Shown: in pieces, positions 9,888 through 21,700 of the stretch | Layout: each line of letters begins with the position of its first letter | Position numbering within the stretch: the stretch's first letter is position 1 | Source of the DNA: an uncultured Clostridia bacterium | GTDB taxonomy: Bacteria; Bacillota; Clostridia; TANB77; CAG-508 | Assembly: GCA_948934525.1 (NCBI GenBank) | Contig: CAQZSK010000001.1 | Coordinates: 96,453 to 160,452 of the forward strand | DNA length: 64,000 bases | Direction: 5' to 3' | The notes under the pieces: model-generated | Database searches by the model: none | The model's input: the letters and a program-made list of their open reading frames with translations, nothing else | What the model was told of the DNA's origin: nothing | Program-made: the position numbers and the translations under genes

Positions 9888-10808
9888 TTACATATCATCT
9901 TCTTGATTGGATTGTTTTTCTATCTTTTCTAATTTTTCTAATTCTTGTAATTCCTTTAGATGTTCTTTCTCTTCTGGGTCTACCTCTTCTTTTCCTATAT
10001 TTTTGATAATCTTAATCTCAGAAGCTGGATATTTTTTATAAAAAATATCATCTCCATCCTTTAATCTTACACGAATAATCTCTTTTAAAGTTTCAATAGA
10101 ATCTACAATACCTTCCCCATCTTCTGTTTTGACTATTGCCCCTATTTTTGGCAATCTGTTTAACTTTTCTTCATAAACTTCTTGCTCGTATTTTAGGCAA
10201 CACATTAGTCTTCCACAATTGCCAGAAATCTTAGAAGGATTTAAAGACATATTTTGTTCTTTTGCCATTTTAATAGATACTGTTTCAAAATTTCCTAAAA
10301 AAGAGCAGCAGCAAAGTTCTCTTCCACAAACTCCATTTCCACCAATACGCTTTACTTCATCTCTTACACCAATTTGCCTTAATTCTATTCTTGTTCTAAA
10401 AACTGCTGCTAAATCTTTTACTAATTCTCTAAAATCGACTCTTCCATCTGCTGTGAAGTAAAATAATATTTTACTATTATCAAATTTATATTCTACTTCT
10501 GTTAAATTCATATCTAATTTATATTTTTTTATTTTTTCTTCACAAATTTTAAAAGCTTCTTTTTCTTTTTTGTTGTTCTCTTCTTGATGTTTTAAGTCTT
10601 TTTGCGTTGCAATACGAACTACTTTTTTTAGTGGTGCTGTCAAGCTTTCCTCAGGAACAGCCCTTTTACTAACTACCACTTCTCCAAGTTCTTGCCCCAT
10701 AGCAGTTTCTACTACAACTTTATCTTGCTTATTAATTTCTAAATTGTCTGGATCAAAAAAATATATTTTGCCTGGCTTTTTAAATCTTATCCCTACTATA
10801 TTTTTCAA
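9888..10808 (-). CDS. yaaT: PSP1-domain protein (stage 0 sporulation protein YaaT / RicT-like)
   Basis: 306-aa ORF. The Cys-rich segment GGNGVCGRELCCCSFL...SGNCGRLMCCLKYE is typical of the PSP1/YaaT family. Lies immediately downstream of holB, as in Bacillus. Confidence 0.7.
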   Translation of the reverse strand: MKNIVGIRFKKPGKIYFFDPDNLEINKQDKVVVETAMGQELGEVVVSKRAVPEESLTAPLKKVVRIATQKDLKHQEENNKKEKEAFKICEEKIKKYKLDMNLTEVEYKFDNSKILFYFTADGRVDFRELVKDLAAVFRTRIELRQIGVRDEVKRIGGNGVCGRELCCCSFLGNFETVSIKMAKEQNMSLNPSKISGNCGRLMCCLKYEQEVYEEKLNRLPKIGAIVKTEDGEGIVDSIETLKEIIRVRLKDGDDIFYKKYPASEIKIIKNIGKEEVDPEEKEHLKELQELEKLEKIEKQSNQEDDM

Positions 10809-10826
10809 TTAATCTTCTTTCCTTTC

Positions 10827-11732
10827 TTATACAAATTGTTCCCATACTTTTAATAACAAGTTATCAATACACATATCATAATTAGCATTTCCTATCATTC
10901 TTCTTTTAGCTTCTTCTACTACTTCAACTGCTTTTGTATATCTCATGTCTTGTTCTTCACGAAGTTTTTCAAAGAATACAACATTCATATAATCTAATAG
11001 GTCCATAATTTTTTCTTTTGACTGATACAACACTTCTGCTTTTTTCCAAATTTGTGTAATATCTACTTTCTTTAAATTATTGATTATATTTTCTATTTGA
11101 CTATATATTTCTTGCTCTTCTTCTATTTTAATTGCTCTACCAATACTTCCTTGGCATTGTCTTATCATATTATCAGTCATTTGTATTTCTTGTGACTTAC
11201 TTTTTAAATATTCCTTAATTTCTTCATCTGTAAGAGTTTGAAAAGCAATTTTAGTGCATCTTGATTTAATAGTTGCTAATAACTTGCTTTCATTAGTTGT
11301 AAGCAAAATTAAAGTTGCATAACTAGGTGGCTCTTCTAGAGTCTTTAATAATCCGTTTGCTGCTTCTCTCGTCATTTTGTCACATTCACTGATAATATAT
11401 ACTTTTTTTTCTGAAGTTACTGGTTTTTCTGCTATTTTTTCTTGTAGATAACGAATTTGTTCAATCTTAATTGTTTTTCCGTCTTCTGGGTCTATTTGTA
11501 AAAAATCAGGATGACTTTCCCCTTGAAATTCTAAACAAGACTTACAAAGTTTGCAAGGCTTTTCTTGCTTAGCACTACATAAAATCATATGCGCAAATTC
11601 TTTTGCAAAAAGGCTCTTTCCGATCCCCTCAACTCCTACAAATAAATAGCTATGTAATATATTGTTAGTTTGAATACTATTCTTTAACAAGTTTTTTATT
11701 TTTTCATTTCCTACCAAGTTTTGAAAAGCCAT
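10827..11732 (-). CDS. holB: DNA polymerase III delta-prime subunit
   Basis: 301-aa ORF. AAA+ Walker A GVEGIGKSLFAKEFAHMILC. Zn-finger-like CKLCKSC. holB-yaaT order conserved. Confidence 0.8.
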   Translation of the reverse strand: MAFQNLVGNEKIKNLLKNSIQTNNILHSYLFVGVEGIGKSLFAKEFAHMILCSAKQEKPCKLCKSCLEFQGESHPDFLQIDPEDGKTIKIEQIRYLQEKIAEKPVTSEKKVYIISECDKMTREAANGLLKTLEEPPSYATLILLTTNESKLLATIKSRCTKIAFQTLTDEEIKEYLKSKSQEIQMTDNMIRQCQGSIGRAIKIEEEQEIYSQIENIINNLKKVDITQIWKKAEVLYQSKEKIMDLLDYMNVVFFEKLREEQDMRYTKAVEVVEEAKRRMIGNANYDMCIDNLLLKVWEQFV

Positions 11733-11745
11733 TTACTGCCTCCTA

Positions 11746-11847
11746 ATGTCAGTTTGGGGACGTATGTTTAACTGACACTTTATTATTTTATAACAAAATA
11801 GTATTTTTCCTCAAATGTCAGTTAAACATACGTCCCCAAACTGACAT
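11746..11847. repeat. ACGTCCCC-containing palindromic element, copy 3 (fills the holB-lepB intergenic region)
   Basis: 33-nt inverted arms: atgtcagtttggggacgtatgtttaactgacac and atgtcagttaaacatacgtccccaaactgacat, around a 38-nt AT-rich spacer. Each arm is itself hairpin-forming. Confidence 0.65.
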
Positions 11848-12482
11848 TACTCTACTTTCCCAAATAGATTAAATGGCCAAAAACGAATCCAAACCTTACT
11901 TTCAATTTTCTCTAATGGAATACAACCAAATGCTCTGCAATCAGTAGACTCTCTTCTATTGTCTCCCATTGCAAATATATAGTTTTCTGGAACAATAAAG
12001 TCTAAAGAATTAGCACTGCCAGCTGGCTCTGTTATAACACCTTCTGCTAGATAATCTTCTTGTAATTCTTCTCCATTAATATATACTTTTCCATTCATAA
12101 TTTGGACATGTTCTCCTGGCAATCCAACTACTCTTTTGATATAACTATTTTTATCTATTTCTAATACATAATAGGTAAACTTATTCCACCATGAAGTTGG
12201 CTCTTTTTCATATTTTGCTACTGGATTACTTAAATTGAACTCATTTAAATTACTTGGTGCTTCAAAAGTGATGATGTCTCCTCTTTCAGGTATTTGCTTT
12301 GTAGTTCTTACCCAACGATTTAAAAGCAGTCTATGTCCTTCAATTAACGTTGGTTTCATAGAAACTTGCTTTACAACAGTTGGTGTTCCAATGAAGTATT
12401 TAATTAGTAAAGCTAATATAAATGCAATTACAATACAAAATATCCATTCTAATATGTTTTTGGTTCTATCACTTATCACCAT
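11847..12482 (-). CDS. lepB: Signal peptidase I (S26 family)
   Basis: 211-aa ORF. N-terminal TM. Catalytic-Ser region and the GDNRRESTDCRAFG box typical of SPase I. Confidence 0.8.
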   Translation of the reverse strand: MVISDRTKNILEWIFCIVIAFILALLIKYFIGTPTVVKQVSMKPTLIEGHRLLLNRWVRTTKQIPERGDIITFEAPSNLNEFNLSNPVAKYEKEPTSWWNKFTYYVLEIDKNSYIKRVVGLPGEHVQIMNGKVYINGEELQEDYLAEGVITEPAGSANSLDFIVPENYIFAMGDNRRESTDCRAFGCIPLEKIESKVWIRFWPFNLFGKVE

Positions 12483-12500
12483 TTTCTATTTCCTTCTTTC

Positions 12501-13967
12501 TTATTTCTTAGTAGGTACTCTAATTACAATTTCTGTTCCCTTTCCTACTTCACTTTTAATATCAATACTTCCATTATTCTGATCTAGAATTTCCTTTGCA
12601 ATAGAAAGTCCTAAACCAGTTCCTCCCATTTCTCTTGTCCTTGCTTTATCTACACGGTAAAATCTTTCAAATATTCTACTCAAATCTTTTTCTGGTATAC
12701 CAATTCCATTATCAATAATTTTGATATAGGCATCATTATATACAAATCCTACATACACTTTAATGATTCCTTTTTCTGGTGTATATTTAATTGCATTTGT
12801 AATAATGTTTAAGATTACTCTTTCAATACCATATTTATCAGCTTTAACAGGTGGTACATTTGCTGTTACAAAACATTCAATATGATGCCCTTTCTTTTCA
12901 ATTTCAAATTGCAATCTTTCAATACATTTCTTTGTCAAATCCCCTAAATCAAATTCTATTTCTTCTTTGGTTATTTTTTTATTGTCATAGCGTGAAAGTA
13001 CTAATAAGTCTGTTACTAATCTTGCCATTCTTCTAGCTTCTGAACTAATAACAGTTAAAAACTTTGCTTGCATTTCTTTATCATATTCAGATTCTAAAAG
13101 AGTATCTGCATACCCCATAATAGAAGTGATTGGCGTTTTTAATTCATGGGATACATCTGCCACAAATTCTTTTTGCATATTATCTAATTTTACATGTTGT
13201 GTAATATCTTGAATAACCACAATTACACCTGCAGGTTTATCACTTTCGTCTTGAAAAGGTGCAAATAATAAATTTACATATTTCTCTCCTATATTAATCC
13301 TTTGTTCTGAAGATGTCCAATTTTCTAAGTACACAATCTTTTCTAAGTTAATGTCTGTATTCAACTTTTGAAAAATTTTGTTAAAGTTATTATCTTGTCT
13401 ATCTAATTGCAATAGACTTCTAGCTGCAGGATTAATATGAATAATTTTTCCTTCCATATCAAAAGCAATAATACCATCTGTCATATGAAGTAAAATAGTT
13501 TCTATTTGTTTTTTTTGTTTTCCCATCTCATTTAAATTTTGTTTTAATTCCTTTGTCATTAAGCTAAAGGCATTTACTAGCTCATCAATTTGTGTTTTCT
13601 TTTTGTCTAAATGTTCAATTTCAACTTCTTCTCCATTAGCAATCTTTTCTGCACTTTCAATAAGTGCATTTACCGGTTTTACTACTGATTTTGAATTAAA
13701 GTAGCCTACTAATGCCATAATGGCACCAAAACTTCCTATTGCTACTACAGTAATAATTTTGGTTTGTCTTATTTGATTTTTTATTTCTTCCTGAATTTTA
13801 ATTTGTTGCTGTTCTGAAAATTGTATTAAACTATCTGCTTGGCTTTTTATAATTGATTGGTTCATCTTTTTTAACATTAAAATATGTGAGAAAGAGAGTA
13901 AACCAATGAGCAAAATTCCTAAAACAAAGAAAATTAATATTATCTTAGTTTGTATATTTTTTATCAT
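12501..13967 (-). CDS. Sensor histidine kinase (2 TM, HAMP, PAS, HisKA, HATPase_c)
   Basis: 488-aa ORF. H-box HELKTPITSI. G-box GGTGLGLSIAKE. PAS-like segment between the HAMP and HisKA domains. Confidence 0.8.
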   Translation of the reverse strand: MIKNIQTKIILIFFVLGILLIGLLSFSHILMLKKMNQSIIKSQADSLIQFSEQQQIKIQEEIKNQIRQTKIITVVAIGSFGAIMALVGYFNSKSVVKPVNALIESAEKIANGEEVEIEHLDKKKTQIDELVNAFSLMTKELKQNLNEMGKQKKQIETILLHMTDGIIAFDMEGKIIHINPAARSLLQLDRQDNNFNKIFQKLNTDINLEKIVYLENWTSSEQRINIGEKYVNLLFAPFQDESDKPAGVIVVIQDITQHVKLDNMQKEFVADVSHELKTPITSIMGYADTLLESEYDKEMQAKFLTVISSEARRMARLVTDLLVLSRYDNKKITKEEIEFDLGDLTKKCIERLQFEIEKKGHHIECFVTANVPPVKADKYGIERVILNIITNAIKYTPEKGIIKVYVGFVYNDAYIKIIDNGIGIPEKDLSRIFERFYRVDKARTREMGGTGLGLSIAKEILDQNNGSIDIKSEVGKGTEIVIRVPTKK

Positions 13968-14004
13968 CTTATTTTTTATCCCTTTTGTATTTCTATTTCG
14001 TTTT

Positions 14005-14784
14005 TTAGTTTGAAGCTAGATAATATCCTACACTTCTTTTTGTCATTAAAATTTTTGGAGCTGATGTATCTTTTTCAATCTTTTCTCTAATTCTTCTAAC
14101 AGTAACATCTACAGTTCTAATATCTCCGTAATATTCATATCCCCATACTTTTTCTAATAAAATTTCTCTAGTGACAACTTGTCCTGGTTGATTTGCTAAA
14201 TATTTTAACACTTCAAATTCTCTAAGGGTTAAATCAATTACTTCTCCTCTTACTTTTACTTCAAATTTGTCTAGATCAATAACAAGTTCTCCCAAAGAGA
14301 TAGTATTACGAGATTTCTCTGCTTCTTTCTCTTCTTCCATCTCTTGTCCTTTTGTTTGACCAGCTATTTCTGCTTTTCTTAAATTTGCTTTTACTCTGGC
14401 AATCAATTCTCTTACACTAAATGGTTTTGTGATATAGTCATCTGCACCTAATTCTAATCCTAAAATTTTATCAATTTCTTCATCTTTTGCTGATAAAATT
14501 AAAATTGGTACATTAAGTGTATGTCTTAATCTTTGACATACTGTTAGCCCATCTACTTTTGGTAGCATAATATCTAATAAAATCAGATCAACTCTCTTAT
14601 CTAATGCTACTTTTATAGCTGTTTCTCCATCTTCTGCTTCTATTGTTCCATATCCTTCTTTTTGTAGGTTATATACTAAAATATCTCTAATTGGCTTTTC
14701 ATCATCTACTACTAAAATAACTTTTTTATCTACACCTTTTTTTTCTTCACTTTCCTGCATATTGATATCTCTATTTTCTTCCAC
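14005..14784 (-). CDS. OmpR-family response regulator (REC plus winged-helix DNA-binding domain)
   Basis: 259-aa ORF. Phospho-acceptor context LILLDIMLP. C-terminal trans_reg_C (VTREILLEKVWGYEY...RTVDVTVRRIREKIE). Confidence 0.8.
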   Translation of the reverse strand: MEENRDINMQESEEKKGVDKKVILVVDDEKPIRDILVYNLQKEGYGTIEAEDGETAIKVALDKRVDLILLDIMLPKVDGLTVCQRLRHTLNVPILILSAKDEEIDKILGLELGADDYITKPFSVRELIARVKANLRKAEIAGQTKGQEMEEEKEAEKSRNTISLGELVIDLDKFEVKVRGEVIDLTLREFEVLKYLANQPGQVVTREILLEKVWGYEYYGDIRTVDVTVRRIREKIEKDTSAPKILMTKRSVGYYLASN

Positions 14785-14977
14785 TCCAAGTTCCCGCCTT
14801 CCTTTTCGTTTCTTACCTTATATTTATATCATATTAAAGTTTTTTGTACAAGTTTTTTTATGCATTTTTGTAATATTTCTGACATGGTTTTGCAATATAA
14901 CTGAAACGTTTTTGTAATATGATTCTTACATTTTCAACCATAGGAAAGGGAGTCACTTTCGTGACTCCCCACCTGTT

Positions 14978-15223
14978 TTACACATCCGCTTCCCAACGTT
15001 CAATGACTTCTTTAAAGAATTCCATGGCACCTGCAGTTATTACAAACCCTGAAATTCCCCAGCCCATATACGCCCATATAATCCAAATGACTGTATTTTC
15101 GGTAACGATATCAAAGGGAAGCTCTTTTTTTAGATAGGCATTCAAAAAATGAAAGCCAAGGACAATCAACGCAATTGCGAATAGTTTGCTAAGGTTAAAC
15201 CCAATGTTGCTTTTGTTTTTCAT
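14978..15223 (-). CDS. Small hypothetical membrane protein (81 aa, two predicted TM helices)
   Basis: ORF only. The hydrophobic profile is the sole evidence. Confidence 0.3.
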   Translation of the reverse strand: MKNKSNIGFNLSKLFAIALIVLGFHFLNAYLKKELPFDIVTENTVIWIIWAYMGWGISGFVITAGAMEFFKEVIERWEADV

Positions 15224-15394
15224 TATGTAGTACTCCTTTATAAAAAATTTTTAGTTACTTGAACTAAGTAACTTTATTATACCATTTTTGGGGATAAAAA
15301 TCAAATAAACTAAATTTGCATACTAGACAAATAATACAAATTATACTATACTTTTATTATAAAGAATTTTAATATTATCTATTAATTAGGGATT

Positions 15395-15574
15395 ATGTTA
15401 TGGTATCCTAACTGCGCAGGTTGGCATGGAACTAACACCTTTAATTGGCTTACTAGTTCATATCCATCTGGTTTCTGTCGTGGCAACACTGGAGTATTCT
15501 CCTTCAGTTATAACAATTGGACTAGCAACATCAATTCTGGTCGCGGAGTAGCAGTCGTGGGCACCGGACTTTAA
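15395..15574 (+). CDS. Possible 59-aa W/G/S/N-rich small protein or gene remnant. Resembles the C-terminal W-x-SS...FC domain of ORF 78..1814.
   Basis: ATG at 15395, weak RBS aggga, stop at 15572-15574. Below the ORF-track size cutoff. Locally GC-rich. Followed by several hairpins. Confidence 0.2.
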   Translation: MLWYPNCAGWHGTNTFNWLTSSYPSGFCRGNTGVFSFSYNNWTSNINSGRGVAVVGTGL

Positions 15575-15750
15575 GGTAACTGTAAGCGAAGTATAAGCTA
15601 TACAGATAGCTTATGTGAGTGAGCAATACTTCTCTTTGAGTAGACCGAGCTAATATAGTATCAGAAGGGAAAGCTTTAAGGAGCTTTTTGCGTATAACTA
15701 TATTATTAAAGAAACATAATTCCTTCCTCTTGGGGTAAAATACAAAAGAA

Positions 15751-15796
15751 AGATATATCGCAAGTAATTGTACGAAAGCGATATATCTTTTTTTAT
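15751..15796. terminator. Bidirectional rho-independent terminator (agatatatcgc / gcgatatatct stem)
   Basis: 11-bp stem flanked by T-runs on both strands. Lies immediately 3' of the giant minus-strand gene ending at 15797. Confidence 0.55.
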
Positions 15797-18700
15797 TTAC
15801 ATCTCTATTTGGATTTTGTAAATTCCTCCACTATTATTTAAAGTAATTTGCTTTTCTGCTATCTCTTCTCCATTCATTTTGAAACTAGTTACACCAGTTG
15901 TTTTGCCATTTGGATTATTCACTTGAATATGATATCTGCTATTTCCATATTGATATCGAATTGAATATTCTTTCCAATTGTTTGGAACACAAGGCTCTAT
16001 AGAGAGTACTCCCTTTTGAATACGCAATCCTAACAAGTATTTGATACCTGCTTCATACATCCAGCTAGCAGACCCTGTATACCAAGTCCATCCACCTCTT
16101 CCTGCTAAATTTCTTTGACCTGAAATGTCTGCGCAAATTACATATGGCTCTACTTTATACTTTGTTGCTGCTTCTTTGGTTCTACTGTGTTCAATTGGAT
16201 TAATCATTCGATAGAGTTCTCCTGCTTTATCTCCAAATCCCAATATTGTTTCTGCTATAATTGCCCAAATAGCTCCATGAGTATATTGTCCTCCATTTTC
16301 TCTTGTTCCTGGCACATATGCTTTAATATATCCTGGTTCTAAGCTCCCTTTGTCAAATGGTGGGTCTAATAACTTGATAATACCATTTTCTTTATCTACC
16401 AAATGGTTCTCTAAGCTTTGGATAGAAATGTATTTTTTATCATTATCTCCTGCTCCTGAAATAATAGCCCAACTTTGTGCTATTGCATCTATTCTACACT
16501 CTTCATTCTGAATACTACCTAGTACACTGCCATCATCCATAAATGCACGTCTATACCATCTGCCATCCCAACCATTGGAGTTAAGAGCTCTTTTTAACTT
16601 TTCCATAATTTGCTCATATTGTTTTGCCAGTTCTTCTTCACCTTTTTCTTGGCAAATTGGAACAAATCTTTTCAATACTTCATAAAGGAAGAAACCAAGC
16701 CATATACTTTCTCCCTTTCCTTTATTACCTACTGTACTAAATCCATCGTTCCAATCGCCTGACCCTATTTTTGGAAGTCCATTTTCGCCAAAGTCTAAAG
16801 AAATTTGAATTGCCTTTTTACAATGCTCATATAAAGTTTCTAGCTTGTCAGAAGGTAAATGTAAATCATATCTTTCATCTATTCCTTCTGTTAATGTTTC
16901 TCCTTCAAGATATGGAATTTGTATCTCTAAAATACTATTATCTCCTGTAAAGTCTAAATATTCCTCTGTTAAATATACTAGCCATAAACGATCATCACTA
17001 AACTTCGTTCGTATTCCTCTTTTTGTTTCCTCATGCCACCAATGTTCTACATCTCCTTCTACAAATTGATGCTGAGCATGTTTTATAATTTGATTTTTTA
17101 ATATCTCAGGTTTGGTATATTTTAAAGCAAGACAATCTTGTAATTGGTCTCTAAAGCCAAAAGCTCCACCTGACTGATAATATCCTGTTTTGCCCCATAA
17201 TCTAGAAGTAATAACTTGGTATAGTAACCAACCATTTAACAACAAGTTAGTAGATTCAAGAGGTGTTGTGACTTGTACTTTTCCTAGTAGCTCCCTCCAA
17301 TATCGTTTTGTATTTTCGTATTCTTCATATACTTTGCTGCTATTTCGGTATTGATAACTTAAGTCCTGACACTCTAAAACATCTTTTCCTACTCCTAATG
17401 TGAAAATGACTTTTTTGCTTTCCAATGCTTCTAATTCTACTTCACATTGAACCGCTATGATACCATCTTGCGATAGACTATTTTCCTTATTGAGTTCTAT
17501 TTGGTCAATACCATCTGGATGTGTTAGATTACCTTTTCCAAAGAAACCTGATTTGCTACCAGTATAAGAAGTAATTTTTTCACTACCAGACACAAATAAA
17601 TACTGATTATTCTCTTCTGCTGCCATATTTTGCATGCAGATAACATTTGCATTTTCGTAAAAATCTAGTTTTAAAAATCCATTTGATTTTAGTTCATCTT
17701 CTTCTAAAACTGGTTTGACATAATAGACTAGTTTATATTTCTTCTTATGCAATTCATTGTTTTCTAATCTAATTGCTTGTACCTTGATATTATCTTCCAT
17801 TGGTACAAAAACATCTATTTTTTGGGTAATTCCTTTGTTTACATGCTTATATTTAGCATATCCAAAACCATAGGTAATGTGATAATCATTTTCATCTGGA
17901 CAAGGATTAAATCCTAAAGACCATATCTTTTTAGTGTCTAAATCCTGCATATAAATAACCTCTGAAGGAACATCTACTACTGGCCCATTATTCCATGCAG
18001 TTAAACGATTTAACCTACTATTTTTATACCAGGTATATCCTCCCATGCTTTCTGTTACTAAGGTTCCAAAGTTTTGGTTGGTTAGTAAATGGCTCCAAAC
18101 AGATGGCAACTTTTGATCTTTGTGAACACGGATATGATACTCTGTACCATCTTCTGAAAATCCACCATATTCATTATAGTATTTTAATTTTTCTATATCC
18201 AATTCTTCATGAATTGGTACTTCTTCTAATATCATCTTTGGTGGTTCTTCTTTTGGTACCTCTTTTATTTTATCCAGATATTCCTCTTCTGCTTCTCTTA
18301 AAGAACGCCAAATAGTGTTGTTTCCATGAAAACTTAAATTTGCTCTATATTCTAACAAGCTTAACTCTTCTTCTGACAGGTTTTCTAAAATGAAAATACC
18401 ACCTTTGATATTTTGTAAATATCCTAAATTTTGGTTTAAAACACTGACAAAAATAGCCTCTTTTACACTACTTTCATAACTGTATTTTTCTTCGCTTACT
18501 ATGACTAAATCTATTTGAATATTTTTTAAACGGAAGTATTCATAAGCTTTTAAGGCTTCTTCTACTATTTCTATTTCTTCTAATGTCTTGATACGAAGTA
18601 GCAGAATTGGTAAATCTCCTGAAATACCATACTGCCATAGTTTACTAACTGGAACTAGCATGTCTGTTTTATTGGTTAATGCCTTTAATGGATTTGATTT

Positions 18701-21700
18701 TATCAAATATCCTGCCATTTTTTGATAAGTGTCTAATTGTTTAGCTTGAATTCCTAAATAGCGATTTGCTGCTTCTACTTTTGCTTTTGCTAATTCTAAA
18801 TGATAATAAATAGTTTCTTGGTTACTAAACTTCTCTAACTCCTCTATCACTTGTTCTTTGCTTTCTCCTACTGCTAGTACTAAGTTTAATGTTACTTTTT
18901 GCTCTGGCTGTATTGTTATTGTACGTTTCATACTAATAATTGGCTCTGTTGTAAGATTTATTTGATTACTTAATAAGCTAGAATTTTTGACTGCATTTGG
19001 TAATCCTAAATTATTTCTTCCATAAAATTTCTCTTTATCAATTTCATATTCTACTTCTCCAATTGTTTCATTTTCTGTATAGAAATTTGCTCCTAAAAAT
19101 ACTTTTTGCTCACTTGGTGTTCTAGTTCTTCTGGTAACTAAAATGGAATGTGTATCCTCTAAATATTCGTAATTTAAAAATAGTTTATTAAATGCTGGAT
19201 GAGCATAGTCTTGTGCTTCTTGTGATAAAACTGGTTCTAAATAGCTTGTAATTTCTAAAGTTTCTGGTTCTATTCCACGATTAGTTAATTCAATAGTTCT
19301 AAGTTCTACTGGTTCATCTGGTGAAATCCCAATTTTAGCTATTGTTTCTATATTTCCATCTTGTCTTGTAATTTTGGTCTGAGCTGGTGTAAAGCAAATG
19401 GAATATTGGTCTGGATTTGCAAGATAACTCATATGTCCTGTTGTCCAAATACGATTAGTTTTAACATTTTTTAAGAAAAAGAATATTCCTTGTTCTATAT
19501 CATCTGTCTTTTTATATTTGTGGATTAAAATGTCTCCATATTTACTGTACCCTTGCCCTTTACTATCTGTTACTATAGTGTAGTTTTCACTAGCTAAGAC
19601 ATTCATTTGAGGTAATTTGGTTACTGGCTTTGTAATTTCTTTTTGAGTATAACTTTGGTCATCTACATATTTCATTTTTTCTACTTTTTCTTTTTCCTCT
19701 TTGGTAATGATAATATTTTCTGGCATTTTTTCTTGTAGAAGTATATCTATTGCTTGCATTTGTGGATTTTTCATAAATCTCTTTTGCAAAATATTTTGAT
19801 GGAATAAGTTATTAATAGCAAGTAATATAAGGCCTTGATGGTGTGCCATATAGGTTTTTACTAACGCATATTCTTGTCCTTTTTTCAGACGAGTTGGTGT
19901 ATAGTCTATGGATTCATAAAATCCATATTTCTGATACATTCCTGTTTGCTCTAATTTTTTTAGATTTTCTACTACTTGTTTTGGTTCTTCTGGAATAGCT
20001 AAAATGCTCCCATAACTTGCTACTACCATTTCATCTGCAAGTCCTCTTTTTAGTCCTAGCCATGGGATGCCAAATGCCTTGTATTGGTAGTTGTTATGCA
20101 AGTCTTTTAAGTGAAATGCAGATTCTGAAATTCCCCAAGGAATATGCAATTTTTTAGCATATTCTTGTTGGCACATAAGCATAAATTCTGTGGATTCTGC
20201 TAGTAAACTTCCTGGATATTTTGGAATGTTCATATTTGGCATCAAATATTCAAAAGCTGTTCCTGACCATGAAATAAGCCCTTTATATTGGTTTAAAATA
20301 GTCAAAGTTCTACTTAAATTATTCCAATGTTTGACTGGAATGTCTTTTTTAGCAATGGCTACTAAGCTTGCTTGTCTTGCCTCTGAAGCAAGTAAATCAT
20401 AGTAGGAATCGGTTAATTTATTTTCTTCTACATTAAATCCGATAGAGAAAAGCCTTGTTTCTTCATCATATAGCATTTTAAAGTTGGTTTGTTCAATAAT
20501 AACATTTACTATTTCAAGCATTGATTTTAATTGTTGTTTTTTATCTTGTTCTTTAGATTGCATTTGCTCTTCTAAAAATTGCTTAACGACAAATAGATAA
20601 CCTATAAAATTCCCACTATCTACAGAAGAAACATACCTAGGTTTTAAAGGTTGTAAAGTTTGAATATCATACCAATTATATAAATGCCCATTCCATTTTG
20701 GTAAGTTATGAATAGTATCTAACATTTTTTCTAATAATTTCATAATATTTTCTATACTTTCATACCCCAAGTCATAACTTGAAATAACTGCCAGCAAAGC
20801 CAATCCAATATTGGTGGAAGAAGTTCTTGGTACAACTTTAGGCTTCCTATCTTCTTGATAGTTGTCAGGTGGCAAATAATTGTATTCTGGTTTTAAATGG
20901 TCTTTAAAATATTGCCATGTTCTTTGCCCTATCTCTAATACATATTTCTGCTCTTCTGGTTTTAATTTTTCTAATTTTTCTTGTACTTTAATTTCTTTAC
21001 TAATATAACACATGATAGCTGGTGCAATTAGCCACAAGCTAGATAGAATGAATAGAAAAATACTTAAAATATTTTGTGGCAAAATAAATAAAAGTAGAAT
21101 GCCTAACACACCTAGTATGACATTTGGTATCATATTACGATAATAGGAAAACAAATCTTTTTTTGCATTTTTCTCCGCTTCTTCTGCTGTCATCCATTCT
21201 AAAAAATGCTTTTTGCTAATGAATATACGATATAGAGTTTTGATACAAGCATTCATACTAAAATATGCTTTGTCTGGTAATATGCTAATAGCTAAAATGC
21301 CTCGAATGATACTTGCTTTTACACCTGAAATTGTTTTGGTAAATGTCTTTTGTATGGTCTCAGCTTCTTTTTTGAAAATAATACGATTGATAATCTCTAA
21401 TAACATTGGTATGACTGCTGAAATAATGGAAATTGCTATAATTGGTCCTATTTTAATAGAGTAAATCATATCTAAAATACTAACATAAATCATTGTGAAA
21501 ACAATTAATGGCTCATGCAAACTTCTGATTAAATTGTCAAAAATTTTGTATTTTGAAAGCAGAGTTAACGGATTGTGCTTTTTTTCTCCATGTTTGTTAT
21601 AAATACTATTTCCTAGCCATTTTGTAACTTGCCAATCTCCACGTATCCATCGGTGTAACCTAGTTTTAAAACTGTTATAACTACTTGGATATCCATCCAT

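Noticed and set aside
15400-15700. GC-rich stretch 15400-15700 as a fragment of an rRNA, tRNA or known riboswitch
   Set aside because: No tRNA cloverleaf, no recognisable rRNA conserved blocks, and no riboswitch consensus were seen. An ORF with similarity to a neighbouring protein domain explains the composition better.
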